Shown here in pieces: positions 59,563 to 64,000 of a DNA stretch of 64,000 nucleotides. Location of the stretch: contig NC_058370.1 of assembly GCF_018350175.1 (NCBI RefSeq), forward strand, positions 20,336,001 to 20,400,000, in the 5' to 3' direction. The position numbers were made by a program, and so were the translations under genes. This DNA is from Felis catus (lineage: Eukaryota). The notes beneath the pieces were generated by a model. That model was not told the DNA's origin and made no database searches. It was given only the letters and a program-made list of their open reading frames with translations. Position 1 is the stretch's first letter. Every line of letters begins with the position of its first letter.

Positions 59563-60485
59563 GTGGGCCCAGAAATCTGACCCCCCCACACACACACCTG
59601 CTACCAGGCACCTGATATGTGTTTAAACCCATGGCCCGATTTAATCCCCTGGTGAAAGAGTTGTCATTCCTGGCACCACCCTTTACAGATGAGAAGTTTT
59701 CGGTTCAGATAGGTTAAGTGATTTGCTCAAGGTCACCCAGCTCGTAAGTGGTAGGCTCAGAGGTTTAACCTGGATCTACCAAATGTCAACACCCATGTCC
59801 TTGGAAATGACTATCTGTAGGCAGTATGCAGGGTGAGGGCATTTTGCGTAAAGGACAAAACGTAAACAAAGGCACAACATCCCTGAACTTCTTAGCGATG
59901 TTTAAGCTTCATAAGCGTTTGTTAAGGAACCAATGAGCGAATGAGTGGCTGAATGTTTTGGGAACGTTAGTCTGCACGGAGATGATGAGGTGGGCAAAAA
60001 AGATCCCTGAGGAAAAGGGTGACTCTGGGCTGTAGGCCGTGGATGGCACCAAAGGGCACCATCAGAAGACTAGGCGATAAGGGTCAGACTCTGAGACTTT
60101 CTCTGAGTGTCTCATGCCCTGACCCCTGCCATCTGGACCGGGACTCAGGCCATGGCTATAAGGATCCCCGGCTGTGTCTCCATTGGTGGTCCTGGGACTC
60201 ACACAGTTCTTCATCCACGTATTCCCTCATCTGCTTATCATCAGCATCCATGGAGCCCCTTCTCTGCTTCAGGCTTCACGCCATGTGTAGGTGTTACAGA
60301 GACGACTGAGCACAGCTCCTACCTTCAGGGAACTCACCCCAGGCTAGCAAAAGATGCCCTGTAGGAAATGGATATTACTAAAGGAACCAACCCATGTCAA
60401 AGCATCACCTCGAAAGCCTTGCTGGACCCATGTAGAGCAAAGGGTGATGTGGTTAAGAGTAATGTGGTTAAGAGTAGACGGGATT

Positions 60486-60714
60486 GGGGTGCCTGGGTGG
60501 CGCAGTCGGGTAAGCGTCCGACTTCAGCCGGGTCACGATCTCGCGGTCCGGGAGTTCGAGCCCCGCGTCGGGCTCTGGGCTGATGGCTCGGAGCCTGGAG
60601 CCTGTTTCCGATTCTGTGTCTCCCTCTCTCTCTGCCCCTCCCCCGTTCACGCTCTGTCTCTCTCTGCCCCAAAAATAAATAAATGATGGAAAAAAAAAAT
60701 TAAAAAAAAAAAAA
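60486..60714 (+). mobile_element. Young Can-SINE (SINEC_Fc)
   Basis: TSD aagagtagacgggatt / aagagtagacgtgact. Confidence 0.97.
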
Positions 60715-61569
60715 AAGAGTAGACGTGACTGTTACCTCTTATCTCTATGGACCTGCAGGGACAGCGCCTTTGTCATGGAGGCATTGGAATTTACAGGCAG
60801 CAAATGTTCGATGCATTTTCTTCAAAGGGGCACAGCTGTGGAACCGCGAGAGGAGACGAAGTCATAAAGGGCTGAAGAAGGAAACTGGAGGCGGGAAAAG
60901 TGATTCCGCCCCACGTAATAATGCACAGGGTCAACGCCACAGAATCAAAGAGCACCCGGGACAGAGGTGGAGGCTGAGCCCCAGGCGGAAGAAATCGGGG
61001 GCAAACTTTTCAAAGAAGTGTGCAGACAAAAGGAAGGAGTAAGTCCCACATTTAGACCACCATCCAGGTGGGAGATACAAGCATGATTGTCAAGGACAGA
61101 TCTGGGAGCAAGACTCCAGTGAACTTTCCTTGGGAGCAACCATAACAACTTCACATTTCTTTATATAATCCATTGCTTTGACCACTCTCTCACCCATTGC
61201 TCAGGCTGGATGCTCCGAACACAGATGCTAAGATGTATTTGATGCCCCATAAACCTCTGCCCATCCTGCAGAACAAAGAGTGTTGGGTCTGGGGGCAGGC
61301 TTCCCGGGAAGGGCATGACCTTGGACGAGGCGGCTCTCTGAGGCTGAGGCACACCCTCAGCCCGAGGTTCTCTGCTGACTACACTCCTCTCCTTCCTTGG
61401 AAGAATCTGGACGGTGTATCTCTGGATGGCCTGCCACCCCTACTATAGAGGATAAACCACAAGAGGATAAAAATCGTGTCTGGTTTTGCTCACCACTGCA
61501 CCCACAATCGCTAGCAGAGCATGGGCTGTGTAGTCATACTCAAAAAGCCTTTGTGGTTGAATGAATTCA

Positions 61570-62040
61570 TTACTCGAGGCAAGAGGTGGGCACGACAACA
61601 TAATACGCCCATGAATTCTCAGAAATAGAGACTTTCGCTAGTCTTTTCCAGCAGGGAAACACACCCCCGCACCAAGAAAACCAGTTACATGAATTCAAGA
61701 CAGAAATACGCACATTCTGTGCAAACGTTGTGGAGTAGCACTTGTACCAGAATGGGAGAGTGTGGTAAGCGGAAGCTCTTGGAGCAGAGGAGTTTTGAGT
61801 TGAGGCTTGAAAGACAATTTGAAATGTATAGGGCAAAAGTGGATGTGGGCAAAGCGGTAGTGAAAAAAAAAATTGAAATCGTAGCTGATGGCACCATTTG
61901 CCAAGAGAGGCAATCATGCACAATGGGGAGGAAGACAGGACACATTCAGTTTTGCTCATGTTTAGTCAGAAGGGGGCAGGCGGTAGGCTGATGCATGTGG
62001 ATGCGAAGCTCGGAGGTGAGATCCAGAACAAAATCATCCG
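61570..62040 (-). mobile_element. L2 relic
   Basis: ttttgagttgaggcttgaaaga...gatggcaccatttgccaaga...ttcagttttgctcatgtt. Confidence 0.6.
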
Positions 62041-62043
62041 GGA

Positions 62044-62256
62044 AGGGTGCCTGGGGGCTCAGTCGGTTAAGCGTCCGACTTCGGCTCGGGTCATGATCTC
62101 ACCATTGGTGGGTCTGAGCCCCGCGTCGGGCTCTGTGCTGATGGCTCAGAGCCTGGAGCCCGCTTCGGATTCTGTGTCTCCCTCTGCCTCTGCCCCTCCC
62201 CTGCTCGTGACCTTTCTCTCTTTCTCTATCTCAAAAATAAATTCACATTAAAAAAA
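62044..62256 (+). mobile_element. Can-SINE
   Basis: Canonical head and tail. Confidence 0.95.
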
Positions 62257-62902
62257 GTCACCCAGGGAGAGATATTCCTTCAATTTCTCCGGTGGAGGCA
62301 AAAAAGGGGCCAAAGAAGGGAAGCTGGTGCACCCAGATATTTGGAATGGGGATGGAAAAGAGGATATAGTAATTAGGGGATTTTCAGTTGCAAGGGACCA
62401 GCGAAACCCAGTGTGAACTAACGTAGCAACGACAACAAAAAGCTGCCTCTCCCTATCACTCATTTCCGTGTCCCTCCGCCTATCTGCCATTTGCTTTTCT
62501 CCCCCCGCCCGACAGACTCCCTCATATGTCAGTGAGCATCTCTGCGTTCGCAAACCAACAGCTCCGTGGCTGGAGAGGAGAGGGTCCCTCCCGTCGTGTT
62601 GGAAACGTCCAGGGGATGACTGAGACGACGAACCACCTGTTGGCTTTGAAGGGATCACTAGGGTTGTGGGAGTGTCAAGGACTTTGATGGACGCGGCCGC
62701 GGTCCTGTGTCCCCCTGGTGTCCGAGTGGTGGCTGCTGTCACCAGAAGAAGGGAGAAGGGTGCCAGATGGACAAAAACTATAGACGCCACGAGGATTTAG
62801 GAAAGGCCACAGCGAGACAGGCAGAGGAGGTGAGAAAACAGGAGGATAATGCCCCGCAGTTGAGTGAGTTTCAAAGGCCCTTAAACACGTACACAGATCC
62901 TG

Positions 62903-62985
62903 CACACACACACACACACACACACGCACACACGTATACAAACATTCAGAGACACACAGACACCTATACAAACACACAGACACTA
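62903..62985. repeat. (CA)n microsatellite with degenerate extension
   Basis: Direct reading. Confidence 0.9.
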
Positions 62986-63026
62986 AAAACAAACAAAAGC
63001 ACAGGATGTGTTATGACTAGAGGGAC

Positions 63027-63466
63027 GTATTACTCTCCTACGGCCGCCATCATAAATTAGCACAAACTTCGTGACTTGAAACACCAGCAATTTATTCTCT
63101 CACGGTTCTGGAGGGCAGGAATCTAAAATCCCTCCAAAGGCTCCAGCGGACCATCCTTCCTTGCCTCGTCCAGCTTCTGCTAGCCCCAGGCCTTCCTTGG
63201 CTTGGGGTGGCCGTGTCCCTCCAGTCCCCGTCTCCATCTTTACAAGGCCTTCATCTCTGAGGGTCTGTGTCTCCAATCCCCTCGGCCTTTCTCTGAAGAC
63301 ACCTGCCATCAGATTTGGGGCCTACACTGAATCTAGATGACCTCATCTCAGATCCTGAACTCAATGACCTCTGCTAACGCCCACTTTCCCAAGAAGGTTT
63401 CCTATACAAGTTCCAGGAGGTAAGACCTCCACATATCTTTTGGGGAGCCACTACTCAACCCACTAA
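63027..63466 (-). mobile_element. MLT1C-type MaLR solo LTR
   Basis: aatttattctctcacggttctggagg...ccttccttgcctcgtccagcttctg...gatgacctcatctcagatcc...acatatcttttgggga...caacccacta. Confidence 0.88.
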
Positions 63467-64000
63467 ACGTGAGGGCAATATATGAAGCCAACTGGGCATT
63501 AAGACCATGGAGAGAGGCAGAGACAGGCCTTCTGGGGAATATGTGCCCCATCCAAAGCCATTCATGTTCACCGTGTATGGCCGAAGTAAATGTATACAGA
63601 GCTCAGATATGGTCCATGGGTGCCCGGTTTGGAATGCAGGGCAATCCCAGATGCTCCTCTTCATGGACGATACCCGTAATAGTGAATTCCCGAAATGCAA
63701 ATCACGATTGGGATGACGGCTGAAGATGCCAGATTTTTCCTAAAGCCTGATGTTCGGCTCAAAACTGACTTCGCCGTCCACTCTCTGCTTGGCAGGAACT
63801 GGCAGAGAGATTTTATCACATATGTAGACTGACAAATGAGTATGTGGCTGAAAGCCATTCCGGCTCCGCACAAACCATAAATCTGAAACAAACAAACAAA
63901 GCTCAGTGGAGTGGCCTGAGCCGGGACTGCATTTGTCGCTGCAACGTCAGAACGCGGTCCTAGAGCTTTTCTTGGCCGAGATCTGGGGCCCGCATCCTGG

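Noticed and set aside
1865-62256. Recurrent short ORFs (SAQVMISR..., GRGRERGRHRI...) and tRNA-like A/B boxes
   Set aside because: All are Can-SINE translations or SINE heads, not genes or tRNAs

Overview
Mammalian nuclear DNA, almost certainly a felid. About 32 tRNA-derived Can-SINEs (SINEC_Fc type) are present, five of them from the young cat-type subfamily. The sequence comes from a gapped scaffold with 4 N-runs of 132-156 bp. I find no recognisable protein-coding gene, RNA gene or processed pseudogene. The window looks like intronic or intergenic DNA rich in old repeats (L1, L2, MIR, MaLR/ERVL LTRs, hAT MERs), with a few repeat-poor, motif-rich blocks that may be enhancers. The most structured object is a decayed class III (ERV-L / ERV3-16A3-like) provirus on the minus strand at about 8365-11310: LTR, gag start, large deletion, RNaseH/integrase, LTR. 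An MLT1B LTR and two SINEs inserted into it. Its gag fragment appears as five apparently identical 139-bp tandem copies (9953-10647), either a very recent amplification or an assembly artefact. I see no convincing evidence of a novel biological system. Repeat family names come from my recollection of consensus sequences, not a database search. Boundaries of old elements are approximate.
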